From a virus, in IMG/VR virus record IMGVR_UViG_3300022821_000014, positions 1-64,000 of that record: a stretch of 64,000 bases of DNA. The stretch is one strand, 5' to 3'. Under the pieces are notes generated by a model that searched no databases, had not been told where the DNA came from, and saw only the letters and a list, made by a program, of their open reading frames with translations. A program made the translations under genes and the position numbers. Shown piece after piece: positions 28,244-37,995 of the stretch; position 1 is the first letter of the stretch, and every line of letters begins with the position of its first letter.

Positions 28244-29238
28244 TGCTTTGATTTCCTTGTCCAGAATTTTTTCTTGTATGCATCAAATTTCTTCATTGAG
28301 ATGAACTTGAGTCGGTAGTGGTTTTCAAGCCCATACCGTTTAGCTAGCGCCATAATCTCCAGCGCTTGTTTCTCTTGTACCATCTGCGGTGTAGGCCAGC
28401 CATTTACATGCGATCTAGGGTCTGGGTCTTGAGCAAATTCCTCACGGGCCTCATCGGAAATTGTCTTGGGGTCCACGTCAACGCCAATAAACAATATGCT
28501 GTCCTTAGGGACTGACATAGCATCGTCTTTGACAAACCATTCACCTTCAGATCGGTAGGTGGCACCGATGGCTTTGAGTGCCTTTTCCACGAGGGGCATC
28601 CAATCATCCAAAGTCAGCAACTCCGCATCCTTGACAATGTGTTTCTCATTGTCATTGGCAATCTTGATTGTGGCTTTATGAATCCATGCTGTCAGATCTT
28701 TTAGGGTATTGATAGAAGGCTTCTCAGTTTTGTATGCCCTTCCATACCAACTTGGCGCCAAAGTGCCATAGTCAATATTGTATAAGACTGTAGCCATAGG
28801 TTTACTGGCCTGCTCTGACTTCTTGCCCTGGGCCTTGACATAATCCATGACGGTTTGCATGAGGCCTGTCCAGTCGTAATCATTTTCTGGAGAGCGGTTG
28901 AAAAGCCTGAATAGGGCAGCCATCCCCTTTGAGACAAGGTAATGAGGATTGTCATACATCACACGAGAAACATTATTTACCTCAAGGAACTTCTTTGCTG
29001 GGATGACCAGGACGGCGTTTCGAGCTACTCCGAGCCATTGAACCACAATCTCCTTTGTATCGGAGATTCCTTTGACCCCTACAAGCTCCCCCGTGGCCAG
29101 CTGCTCAAGGGTATCTTCAGAGTGTTCATCGACGGAAGTCACCATCCAAAAAACCTTGGGGATGTCCGCTTCGGTGTAAGAAGCTTCACGGAGTACCTTG
29201 CGGACCTCTTGTTCTATTAAATTATTTAGGGTGCTCAT
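28240..29238 (-). CDS. hypothetical protein, paralogue of 27125-28243
   Basis: MSTLNNLIEQEVRKVLREA; VFWMVT, GISD, WLGVARNAVL, YRSEGEW. Confidence 0.7.
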   Translation of the reverse strand: MSTLNNLIEQEVRKVLREASYTEADIPKVFWMVTSVDEHSEDTLEQLATGELVGVKGISDTKEIVVQWLGVARNAVLVIPAKKFLEVNNVSRVMYDNPHYLVSKGMAALFRLFNRSPENDYDWTGLMQTVMDYVKAQGKKSEQASKPMATVLYNIDYGTLAPSWYGRAYKTEKPSINTLKDLTAWIHKATIKIANDNEKHIVKDAELLTLDDWMPLVEKALKAIGATYRSEGEWFVKDDAMSVPKDSILFIGVDVDPKTISDEAREEFAQDPDPRSHVNGWPTPQMVQEKQALEIMALAKRYGLENHYRLKFISMKKFDAYKKKFWTRKSKQ

Positions 29239-29239
29239 G

Positions 29240-29410
29240 TTATCTGGTTCTCCCAACGCCACTGCCAAGGGGGTCTAGATGTGCATCTGCGTATGCGTAC
29301 ATCTCCTCGTAGGATTCAAGTTGCTGAAAGTGTCTGAAGTTAAACCCTCTAACGGATTCTGCCAGTGTCTTTCGCACTTGACTTTCAATTAATTTTTGCA
29401 AGGCGTACAT
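29240..29410 (-). pseudogene. truncated paralogue of the kinase-like gene (56 aa)
   Basis: MYALQKLIESQVRKTLAESVRGFNFRHFQQLESYEEMYAYADAHLDPLGSGVGRTR*; aligns to the N-terminus of 29410-30114. Confidence 0.75.
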
Positions 29411-30114
29411 CAATCCATAAACCCTTCTTCGGTAAGCCCATAATCAGCAATAACTAGGCGTCCATCTGTTGTCATACCCCAGTGGTCATAACGCTCAATA
29501 TCCTCTATGCCTGCTCTAGTGGCCTCAAAAGCCTTTTCAAACAGTTCAAGGTCCAAGTTATTCAAATCACTCAATTCAATAGGCTTGTTTATGGTAAATT
29601 TAGTGAACTCATCTTTGTAGTGGTTGTTATGGTATTCAATGCCTTGAACCAATGCCTCGTCGAATTCTATATTCTGGTAAGCAAGCATAATCACCCATTC
29701 CAGAGCTACCTCGCTAACATGCATTTTACTCATCAGGTCAGCATTGTCAGCGATTATTTTGACACCTTCAGCTATCAACCACATATAATTTTCAGAATCG
29801 AAGTCATAAATCTTAGCCAGGAAGTCTTCAGCACCACTTTTCGTATAAGCTTCTACTTCGTTTCTTGTCTGTGTGTTGCCACGTTTACTGTGAACTATCT
29901 TCAGTATTTTGCCTGAGCCTAGTCCAAATACAATTCTTGCTGCGCCCCTGCCAAGGCGTGGAAGATGGTCTAGCGCATATTGGACTCTCTCTTCGGGAGT
30001 TTCTAAGAGCTTGAAACGCTTCATGTTAAAACCTCTCCAAGACTCAGACAAAGAAACACCTCGTAGTTCTTCAACCACAAGGCTTTCTACAAGTTGTTTT
30101 AGCGTGTTTGTCAC
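29410..30114 (-). CDS. protein-kinase-like fold protein with N-terminal leader
   Basis: LGRGAARIVF Gly loop, KILKI, NEVE, D....HWG...LVIADYG. Confidence 0.75.
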   Translation of the reverse strand: MTNTLKQLVESLVVEELRGVSLSESWRGFNMKRFKLLETPEERVQYALDHLPRLGRGAARIVFGLGSGKILKIVHSKRGNTQTRNEVEAYTKSGAEDFLAKIYDFDSENYMWLIAEGVKIIADNADLMSKMHVSEVALEWVIMLAYQNIEFDEALVQGIEYHNNHYKDEFTKFTINKPIELSDLNNLDLELFEKAFEATRAGIEDIERYDHWGMTTDGRLVIADYGLTEEGFMD

Positions 30115-30122
30115 GCCTATAA

Positions 30123-30989
30123 CTATTCTAGTTCAGGCAAGGAGCATGTAATGTTTTGACACGCAGATGAAGAAACTGGGTGGTCGGTTAAAATAGTCGG
30201 TTCACCAAGCATCACCACTGGCTGCGACACGAGTCTCTGAACCTCTGAAATAACTGTTGCAAACCCGATATAATGTGCGTCTCTTACAAAAGAAGTTGTC
30301 ACACCAACTGCTTGGCCAAAGTTATTAAACAAGGGCCCACCAGAAGCTCCTGGCGAGACGTGTGCTTGGTGAATAATTCTAGTCCTGCCGTTTGGAAACT
30401 CACGAATAGATGAGATCATCCCCTCAGTGAAAAGCCAGAACTGGCTGCTTGGCATCCCAATTTCATAGACCCTTTCACCAATCCTTGGTAAAGCAGGAGC
30501 CATAGAAAACCAATGTACTGAATCTGGTTCACCCTCTACCAGGCGCAGTAAGGCTACATCCTCGCTTGGATTAGTCTGTACCACAATTGCTCTGTGAGTT
30601 ACAGGTTCAGAAATTCGGCTATAGTTTCTAATGAAATTCATGTGAACTTCGTGAGTAATAAACAAGACTTCGCTTCCGATTGTTGGTTCCGCATCAGGTA
30701 TTGGTAACCTTATGGTCAAATCAGATCCAAGTGAATAAACCTGGTATTGGGGGATTTCCACACAATGATTTGCTGTTGCCAAAATTCTCGGTCCAACAAA
30801 AAAGGCTGTGCATTGTGGCGCCGACAAGCCGTCATCCCCTCTCTCAACAAGAGCAACCGTTGAATTCATTGCAGCATTTACCAACTCTGCATTGTCAGCG
30901 AGCCGCTGCTCGGTAGCAGCTGCCAAAACAGTACAACCACCAACTAACAGCCCAAACAGGACTACTAATCCAACAAGTTTTTTATGCAT
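30123..30989 (-). CDS. trypsin-like serine protease, probable lipoprotein
   Basis: signal peptide ending LVGGC; TANHC, EDVALL, PGASGGP. Confidence 0.85.
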   Translation of the reverse strand: MHKKLVGLVVLFGLLVGGCTVLAAATEQRLADNAELVNAAMNSTVALVERGDDGLSAPQCTAFFVGPRILATANHCVEIPQYQVYSLGSDLTIRLPIPDAEPTIGSEVLFITHEVHMNFIRNYSRISEPVTHRAIVVQTNPSEDVALLRLVEGEPDSVHWFSMAPALPRIGERVYEIGMPSSQFWLFTEGMISSIREFPNGRTRIIHQAHVSPGASGGPLFNNFGQAVGVTTSFVRDAHYIGFATVISEVQRLVSQPVVMLGEPTILTDHPVSSSACQNITCSLPELE

Positions 30990-31827
30990 TTTCTCTTATC
31001 AACTCTCGGAAATTCCTGTCCATCTGTTCGATTTCTCGTTGTCCTTCCAGAACCCTGATCATAGTTTGGATGTAGTTGATGGGTTTTGCCTGACCTAAAA
31101 CGATCCCTGAGCTTTGTGTGCCCCAACCAGCTGAGTTAACACCGATCATTCGGCCTCTCGCATCCATCAGAGCAGAGCCCGATGAGCCTGGTCCCATGCG
31201 AACTTGGTGAAGGATGTCAATCGTATTGTTTAGGCGAATATGAACCCTAGAGATGATGCCCTCCGTTAAAATCCAAATCTGTCCAACGGGCATTCCTACT
31301 GAGTAAGCAACTTCTCCAGCTCTGAGAGGTTCATTTGTGAGATTCCTCATTTCGAGCCAGTGCTCGGCATCTGGTTCATCAGCTGTAAGTTCTAGCAACG
31401 CTACATCGTGTTCATCTGCATCATCTACTACCACTACAGTAGCGTGTGTAAGTACGGGATGGTTCTCATCCTCGTCGTCTCTACCAACCCATTCAGAATA
31501 ATGCTGATGCTCGATGAAAGAAACCGATTGTCCAACTGGCGATTGATTGCTAGATCCTGGAAGTACGACTGTTATGCCAGGTGCCAGAGTGACTCTGTTT
31601 ACGGCTGGCACACAATGCGCTGCTGTTGCCAAAAGCCTTGGGCTGACATATGTTGCAGTGCAATACGAGCCTCTAATGTTCTCGTTTTCTTCGTGAACCA
31701 GCGCTACAACTGCCTCGTAAACATTCCCCAATTCATCTGGATTACCTGGCACATGCAGGTCTGGGAGCCTGGCCCCACAACTCGTAAGGAACAACGCTCC
31801 CATTAACCAAAAAACTACTTTGTTCAT
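30982..31827 (-). CDS. trypsin-like serine protease, probable lipoprotein
   Basis: MNKVVFWLMGALFLTSC lipobox; TAAHC, HDVALL, PGSSGSA. Confidence 0.85.
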   Translation of the reverse strand: MNKVVFWLMGALFLTSCGARLPDLHVPGNPDELGNVYEAVVALVHEENENIRGSYCTATYVSPRLLATAAHCVPAVNRVTLAPGITVVLPGSSNQSPVGQSVSFIEHQHYSEWVGRDDEDENHPVLTHATVVVVDDADEHDVALLELTADEPDAEHWLEMRNLTNEPLRAGEVAYSVGMPVGQIWILTEGIISRVHIRLNNTIDILHQVRMGPGSSGSALMDARGRMIGVNSAGWGTQSSGIVLGQAKPINYIQTMIRVLEGQREIEQMDRNFRELIRENA

Positions 31828-31954
31828 CTTTGCCTCTACTTTCAAAACGTGTGAGAACACGCATATGAATAAATAGAAACAAAACACCGCTTTGTTACAT
31901 TATTGTTACAAATGCTTAATTGCCTAGTTATTACGGCATTCTACGTAATGAGTC

Positions 31955-34900
31955 TTACCCGCACTTTGAATGCCCACAACCTTGGCAGGTAATACAACCT
32001 TCTTGGTAAGCTAGGTCTTTTGAACTACAGTTCGGACACTTTTTGAGTGAAGGTTTAGTACCATTCTCGATGTAATGTTTGAGTACCCGCATCAGACCCT
32101 TGGCCATTGTAAACATCTCATTGTCCTTGTCAGCACCCTTTTCAATTTGTTCGGTGACATATTGGACAGGAGCACCATGCCGAAGTGCAAGTGAAACGGT
32201 CCTAGTGAACGCACTTTCTGTGGTGTTTGCGAAAACTGATGCAAGGTCCTTGATCACAAGCTCATTTTCACCTTCACCTGTGTACAGATTGTAAGTGCCA
32301 TTTTTCTTGATCACACCCCTCTTGCGACTACGTGGAAGGTGGATGTGTTCCGAGCGGCCAGCGAAAATCTCGTAAGGTTTATCATCGTAGATCCCTACAA
32401 AGAAGTTCCACTTCTCACCACGAACCTGCATATGGTAGATGTCACAAGGGAGTTGTCCAGGGCGCTTTGGAGCATGGTGATAGGCAAATTTGTCTGATGA
32501 ACGAATTTCATCCTCCGACACTAATACACCTGTACGACACTTGTCACGATACACAGTAACTCCCTTGCAGCCCGTTTCCCATCCAGCCATGTAAATGTCT
32601 TTGATTGTATCTACTGTAGTATCTTCTGGCACGTTGGTAGTGTTGCTGATTGAGTGACAAACCCACTGTTGAGCAGCGGCCTGGGCCTTTACTTTGTTTA
32701 ACCAGTTAATATCGTTCGAAGTGGCGCCGTGGTAAGGACTGTCCTTTGGATCAGACTTTCCAGTTACTTCCATCCACTTCTTAAACCAGTGATGGTAAAC
32801 CGTGTATTCCTGCCACTTGTCGCCCATGTCGTCAACAAAATCAACACGGGCATCATGATCTCCTGGGTTGATCTTTCGTCGGCGCTTGTAGGACAGCATG
32901 AACGCTGGTTCAATGCCGCTGGTAGTTTGAGTAAGAACTGAAACAGAACCAGCTGGAGCTGTTGTCGTGTTTGCGATGTTCCGTCGACCGTACTTTTGCC
33001 AGGATTTTTTCATTTCTGGATCAAGGTCCATGATGCGGTTGATAAAGGGGTGATCCTTCTCAAGCTCGTAATCATACACAGGGAAGGCACCACGCTCTTC
33101 AGCAAGTTTCACGCTAGAACGGTGTGAATTTAGTGCCAGATTCTTGTATATTTCGTTGATAAGCTCAATCGACTCTGGGGACCCGTAGACAACATTCATC
33201 GCTGCAACGGCATCACCTACCGCTGTAAGTCCAAGTCCAGTCCGTCGCCCATTTTCAGCAGTTGTTCGAATCTTGTTCCATAGATCAGCCTCCATTTTCT
33301 TTACATCAGGAGGTTCTGGATCGGCATCGATTTTCGCCAGGATTCGATCAATAGCTTCCAGCTCAAGCTCAACCAGGTCGTCCATGAGGCGCTGTGAATC
33401 CTGTACAACATTTGCAAACTCTTCCCAGTCAAATGCAGCTTCGGCTGTAAACGGGTTCTTGACGAATGTTACAGAATTGACAAGTAGCAGTCTACACGAA
33501 TCATATGGTGAGAGAGTTATTTCTCCGCAATTATGTGCAAAGGTTCCCTTGAATGACTTTGTACCATCTTGTTGCCCTGTTATACCAGTAATGATGCCAA
33601 CTGTGTGGCTGTCATCTACTGTAATATTGTACACAGAGTGTGTGCCTTCAACCTCTTCAACTAAAACAATCTTATGGTTGTACTCAATACCTGCATCGCA
33701 AACTTCACTGTAGCTTTTAAAGCCATGCTTTATTTTTTGACCCAGCCTAAATGGGACGTTTTCTTGTTTACAGGCAGTTTCCCACTCCTTGGCCAACGGC
33801 TTTCGTCCTAGCTCGTACTGCAAGGAACTCCAAATTTTAATCTGGTCTCGCATTCGAAGCTCAGCCTTTTCTTTTGCCTTACGGTTAATGGCCTTTGTTC
33901 GCTTCGCATTTATACTCTGATCAGAATTCACGTATTCAAGTGAACATGCATGTGTACAGAAAGAAATTTCTCTTCTGTTGTGTTCAGTTACAAATGATGT
34001 TGCACAAGTTTCGCACTCTTTCTTTACCTGAACCGTATTGTCAGAAATAAACGCCTCATAACCTTGTCTGATCATCTCTTGTAGTGTTCTAACCAAACGT
34101 GGGTCTTTGTCAGTGTGTTCATAGCCCAAAGTACTGGCGCAAAGCATAGAAAGTTCAGCAGGGCTTCGGCCTAAGACCGCATGATGCATTTTAGAGAATG
34201 TCTGTGGCAACCCTTTATTCTTGGCAAAATCTTGCCATTCCTGGTGTGAGAACCTTCGGCCAAGATCCTGAGTAAAATTCAGTGCTTCTTTATAGATTTC
34301 CTTAGATTTTTTTCCGAGGAATTTACCGTTGTTTGAACCATTGTTATCATGCGTTGCATGAAATTGCTGATGTTCACGAAAAGTCATTATCTCAAGATTA
34401 TCAGGATCATTATTGGTGCCATCATAATCTTTGTGATGTACAACCAACCCTCCTTTTACCCAGCCATTTTGTTTCTCAGCTTGGTACTTTTCGGTCCACA
34501 ACTTACCTTGAGTGGCTTCAGCTATGAGTCTATGTTCGTATCTCTTTTTAGGTTCTGCCGAGCGGGTCTCAGTTTTTACTTGGTAGTATTTATTACCAGA
34601 CTTATTCATGCAGACAGGAGTCTTGCTGAATGAGGGCAGGCTATCGCCAGGCACTAGATCCCTAGCATTCTTTGTTTGACCGTCCCTGAGAATCATTTTA
34701 TGATTCGGAGTGACCCTAAGGGTCGTTCCATCATCAAGCGTTATTTTTAATAGCTTCTGATTGAGGTTTGTCAGGCGAGGGTTTCTTCCTGTTTTTATTT
34801 CAACATGACCGTTTTTTGGATTTACTGAGTACAGTAGGACATCTTTACCTTCATCTGCGAGCTGTTTAATTGAAACAGCATCTCTACCGTCAGCCAACGC

Positions 34901-35800
34901 AATTAGTGTATCACTAGAAAAACATGGGTTAGTTGATACTGTTCCGAATCCTACTGATTCGTAGGCGTCTGCTGGAGAGTATTTCTTAACTGTATCCCAG
35001 AACAGAAGTCCAGGCTCAGCTGATTCATGGGCTGACTCAATAATTTCGTGCCAAAGCTCTGCTGCATCGACCCAGGCTTCGACCTTTGGGTCTACTTTTT
35101 GAGTGATGGGCCAGCGAAGCTGAACTTCTTGACCCTTCTTGACTGCATTCATAAACTCATCCGAAAGTCGAATGGAAATGTTGGCTCCAGTCACACGCTT
35201 GCGGTCACGTTTGATGTTGATAAACGTGCGAATTTCTGGGTGGTGTACTGAGATTGAGAGCATTAGTGCACCTCGACGCCCTCCTTGTCCTACTTCACGA
35301 CAGGTGTTTGAAAAACGATCCATGAAAACAGCTATACCATCCGTAGTCCTTGCTGCATTTGCCGTTAGGAGACCTTGAGGTCGGATACTTGAGATGTCAA
35401 AGCCAACACCGCCTCGGCGCTTCATCAGCTGAGCCTGTTCTTGGTCTGTCTTAAGGATACCTCCGTAAGAATCATACGGCTCCTCAATCACAAAACAGTT
35501 GGATAGAGACATAACCTGATAAGGGTTTCCGACACCAGCCATCGGCGATCCTTGGGGGATTATGTATTTGAAATCTTTGAGGTACTGGTAAATTGCCTCT
35601 TCGGACAGCCCGTTTTTAAACTTACCTTCAATTCTTGCAAACTCGCTTGCAAGCCTCCTGTGCATATCTTCAGGAGTTGTTTCTTCTAAACCACCTCTTG
35701 GGTTGTTTATAGCATATTTTGTAATAAAAACATTGGCTGCTAGTTCATCGTTCTTGAAATATTTTAGTGATTGCTTATGTGCTTCTTCGAATGTTGCCAT
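31955..35800 (-). CDS. nrdJ: class II (B12-dependent) ribonucleotide reductase, intein-containing
   Basis: SNCFV, KRRGGVG, GGRRGALM, TNP|CGE, TTAPAGS, TSGIEP, GCKGVTVYR; C-terminal Zn ribbon. Confidence 0.92.
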   Translation of the reverse strand: MATFEEAHKQSLKYFKNDELAANVFITKYAINNPRGGLEETTPEDMHRRLASEFARIEGKFKNGLSEEAIYQYLKDFKYIIPQGSPMAGVGNPYQVMSLSNCFVIEEPYDSYGGILKTDQEQAQLMKRRGGVGFDISSIRPQGLLTANAARTTDGIAVFMDRFSNTCREVGQGGRRGALMLSISVHHPEIRTFINIKRDRKRVTGANISIRLSDEFMNAVKKGQEVQLRWPITQKVDPKVEAWVDAAELWHEIIESAHESAEPGLLFWDTVKKYSPADAYESVGFGTVSTNPCFSSDTLIALADGRDAVSIKQLADEGKDVLLYSVNPKNGHVEIKTGRNPRLTNLNQKLLKITLDDGTTLRVTPNHKMILRDGQTKNARDLVPGDSLPSFSKTPVCMNKSGNKYYQVKTETRSAEPKKRYEHRLIAEATQGKLWTEKYQAEKQNGWVKGGLVVHHKDYDGTNNDPDNLEIMTFREHQQFHATHDNNGSNNGKFLGKKSKEIYKEALNFTQDLGRRFSHQEWQDFAKNKGLPQTFSKMHHAVLGRSPAELSMLCASTLGYEHTDKDPRLVRTLQEMIRQGYEAFISDNTVQVKKECETCATSFVTEHNRREISFCTHACSLEYVNSDQSINAKRTKAINRKAKEKAELRMRDQIKIWSSLQYELGRKPLAKEWETACKQENVPFRLGQKIKHGFKSYSEVCDAGIEYNHKIVLVEEVEGTHSVYNITVDDSHTVGIITGITGQQDGTKSFKGTFAHNCGEITLSPYDSCRLLLVNSVTFVKNPFTAEAAFDWEEFANVVQDSQRLMDDLVELELEAIDRILAKIDADPEPPDVKKMEADLWNKIRTTAENGRRTGLGLTAVGDAVAAMNVVYGSPESIELINEIYKNLALNSHRSSVKLAEERGAFPVYDYELEKDHPFINRIMDLDPEMKKSWQKYGRRNIANTTTAPAGSVSVLTQTTSGIEPAFMLSYKRRRKINPGDHDARVDFVDDMGDKWQEYTVYHHWFKKWMEVTGKSDPKDSPYHGATSNDINWLNKVKAQAAAQQWVCHSISNTTNVPEDTTVDTIKDIYMAGWETGCKGVTVYRDKCRTGVLVSEDEIRSSDKFAYHHAPKRPGQLPCDIYHMQVRGEKWNFFVGIYDDKPYEIFAGRSEHIHLPRSRKRGVIKKNGTYNLYTGEGENELVIKDLASVFANTTESAFTRTVSLALRHGAPVQYVTEQIEKGADKDNEMFTMAKGLMRVLKHYIENGTKPSLKKCPNCSSKDLAYQEGCITCQGCGHSKCG
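33530..34924 (-). mobile_element. contiguous intein (465 aa) with HNH endonuclease in nrdJ
   Basis: STNP|CFSSDT...TPNH...VVHHKDYDGTNNDPDNL...VYNITV...FAHN|CGEI. Confidence 0.92.
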
Positions 35801-35822
35801 TGATTATACCTGGTGTTTCAGT

Positions 35823-37220
35823 TCAGCTGCCTGACTTGTTGCTCTGTATCTCACGAAGCTTCCTTCGAATGAAGGAATGGTCGTCAGAGCCCATGTCGCT
35901 TGAGTATTCAGCAACTTCGTCATCTGTCAGGATACGAAGCTTAGACTTAGCTGTGTCAAGGTGAATTTGATATTTGATGCCATCGACGCCAGCTCGGTTC
36001 TTCGCAATGAAGATATTGCCGAAACCATTGGCCTTTTGTGCTGACTTTCTTGAAAGCCCTACAACAAAATCTGCTACGTGTGCCTGACCATAGCCTTCAG
36101 CCATGTTAGTCAGATCGACAACATCATTTTGAGCGCCTTCCTTGTTGGACTGAATTGCTGTCCAACAAGGAACATCAATTTCAGTCGCAAGCTGTCGCAA
36201 CTCTTCCATGACCTTTTTTAGCTCCATGCGAAGCAAGTCATAACGCTCGGAAGACCTCATGATGCCTGCGTAATCTACAATAATGACATCGGGTCGGAAA
36301 TTCTGTGTGGCAAGTTTCTCAATATGCCCACGCAAAGTCATAGCCGTAACTGAAGAAGTAGGGTAGTACTTGATTCGTAGACGACCTAGATTCTCTGCGT
36401 TATCCTGGTAGAACTCTTGGATCGCAGCTTTGTGGTCAAAACATTCAAGACTTGGAAGGTCCAAGATGTGTGAATCATAGCGAATGCCCATGGCACGTTC
36501 ATTCAACTCAAAAGTGTAATGGACAACGTTCTTCTGCTTTAGGAGAGCTTGTGCACCGACGTGCACCAGGAAGTGAGATTTGCCGACACCAGTAGGTGCT
36601 ACACAAACGCCTAGCTCACCAGCACCGAGTCCGCCGTTCAGGATCTTCCGCTGGTCCAACTCGGTAATTCCTGTTGGAACTGTACGGCGGTAGGTTTCTG
36701 AGTAGCGGCTTTCAACGTCTTCAAAAAGATCAAGACCTGGGGAGTGGTGGTTTCCAGCGTGAATCGCTTTCTTCACTATCTCGATTACCTTGTCGTAATT
36801 TTCTGATTCAACCAGGTCAACCGACTGCATTAGTGCGTGTGTGAGCCTTCTACGTTTGCACCAGTCTAATGATTTGTCCTTTACAAGGGGAAGGTCGCCC
36901 AGATCTTCGTGCGTTTTGACCCTCTTTAGGAAAGTCTTTACCTGGTCAAGAAGTACTGCGTCATGTTTGTTTTTCAACTGCTCCTTTAGTTCAGAAATAA
37001 GCAGGTCGATTGAAGGAAACTCTTTGTACTTCTGGTAATACCCGAGGTGCGTGGCTGCTACGAGTCTGAGATGTGCTAGGGTAAAGTACTCTGTGTCGAG
37101 AACCTCGTTCATCTGAGCCGCCCATGGGCGATCTACGATGAGTGCTTGGACAATCTTCGCTTGGAAGTTCTTGTCAAATGAAAAGTGTTGTTTTGGTGGT
37201 GTTGGCATTTCTTCGGTCAT
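35823..37220 (-). CDS. replicative DnaB/gp41-like helicase
   Basis: APTGVGKS, HYTFEL, IIVDYA, WTAIQSN, IAKNRAG. Confidence 0.9.
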   Translation of the reverse strand: MTEEMPTPPKQHFSFDKNFQAKIVQALIVDRPWAAQMNEVLDTEYFTLAHLRLVAATHLGYYQKYKEFPSIDLLISELKEQLKNKHDAVLLDQVKTFLKRVKTHEDLGDLPLVKDKSLDWCKRRRLTHALMQSVDLVESENYDKVIEIVKKAIHAGNHHSPGLDLFEDVESRYSETYRRTVPTGITELDQRKILNGGLGAGELGVCVAPTGVGKSHFLVHVGAQALLKQKNVVHYTFELNERAMGIRYDSHILDLPSLECFDHKAAIQEFYQDNAENLGRLRIKYYPTSSVTAMTLRGHIEKLATQNFRPDVIIVDYAGIMRSSERYDLLRMELKKVMEELRQLATEIDVPCWTAIQSNKEGAQNDVVDLTNMAEGYGQAHVADFVVGLSRKSAQKANGFGNIFIAKNRAGVDGIKYQIHLDTAKSKLRILTDDEVAEYSSDMGSDDHSFIRRKLREIQSNKSGS

Positions 37221-37437
37221 TTACTGCTCCTGTTTTGGCCTTGTAGAGAAAAGTCTGCCATCCTCGAATAGGTGTTTAAACGAGTCTGGTACGTTCGTAA
37301 CCTACGAGCCTGGCAGTAGACAATTGCGGAGCATCGTAGCTTAAAGAGATCCGTCGTGGACAAAATTCCAAGGTAGACCAAAATGATTTGTTTACTATTT
37401 TGTTTGTAAAATACGCATAAAACACGTATTTATGGTT

Positions 37438-37995
37438 ATGAAAAAAGGCTACCTAAAACAGCTAATCGAAATGGCCGTTTCGGCGGTCCTAAAAGAAATT
37501 GATAATAATGATGAATCTCATCTAGTGCCAGATGAACAAGGTGAATTTCATTCATCGGATGGTGACGATTCTAGATTTTGGGGTAATCGTGGGGCAGGTA
37601 TTTTACTGGTCGCTCAAGATACGGGCAAACTTCTTCTTGTCCTCCGTAGCGGTTATGTGAATGAACCAGGTACCTGGGGCGTCCCAGGCGGGAAGATAGA
37701 TGATGAGGATGAATCCCCAAGTGTTGCGGCCAATAGAGAAGCTGAGGAGGAGCTAGGATACTCGGGCCCTATAGACCTCGTCCCTGCTCATGTCTTCAAA
37801 TCAGGCAAGTTTCGATTCTACAACTTCATTGGTGTCGTACCAAATGAGTTTAAACCCACACTTGACTGGGAAAATGATGATGTAGGTTGGTTTTCAATTA
37901 ACGACCTTCCTTCACCACTACATTTCGGTATTCAATCACTGCTAACAAACTCCGAAAATCAAATCCTAGACGTGTTCAACTCAGTAGGTCATTAG
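37438..37995 (+). CDS. NUDIX hydrolase with N-terminal leader
   Basis: GTWGVPGGKID...AANREAEEELG, LDWEND, PLHFG; leader YLKQLIEMAVSAVLKE. Confidence 0.88.
   Translation: MKKGYLKQLIEMAVSAVLKEIDNNDESHLVPDEQGEFHSSDGDDSRFWGNRGAGILLVAQDTGKLLLVLRSGYVNEPGTWGVPGGKIDDEDESPSVAANREAEEELGYSGPIDLVPAHVFKSGKFRFYNFIGVVPNEFKPTLDWENDDVGWFSINDLPSPLHFGIQSLLTNSENQILDVFNSVGH

Noticed and set aside
31891-31912. TTGTTACA direct repeat (similar words near 19229 and 50940) as an operator
   Set aside because: Too few and too short instances to distinguish from chance.
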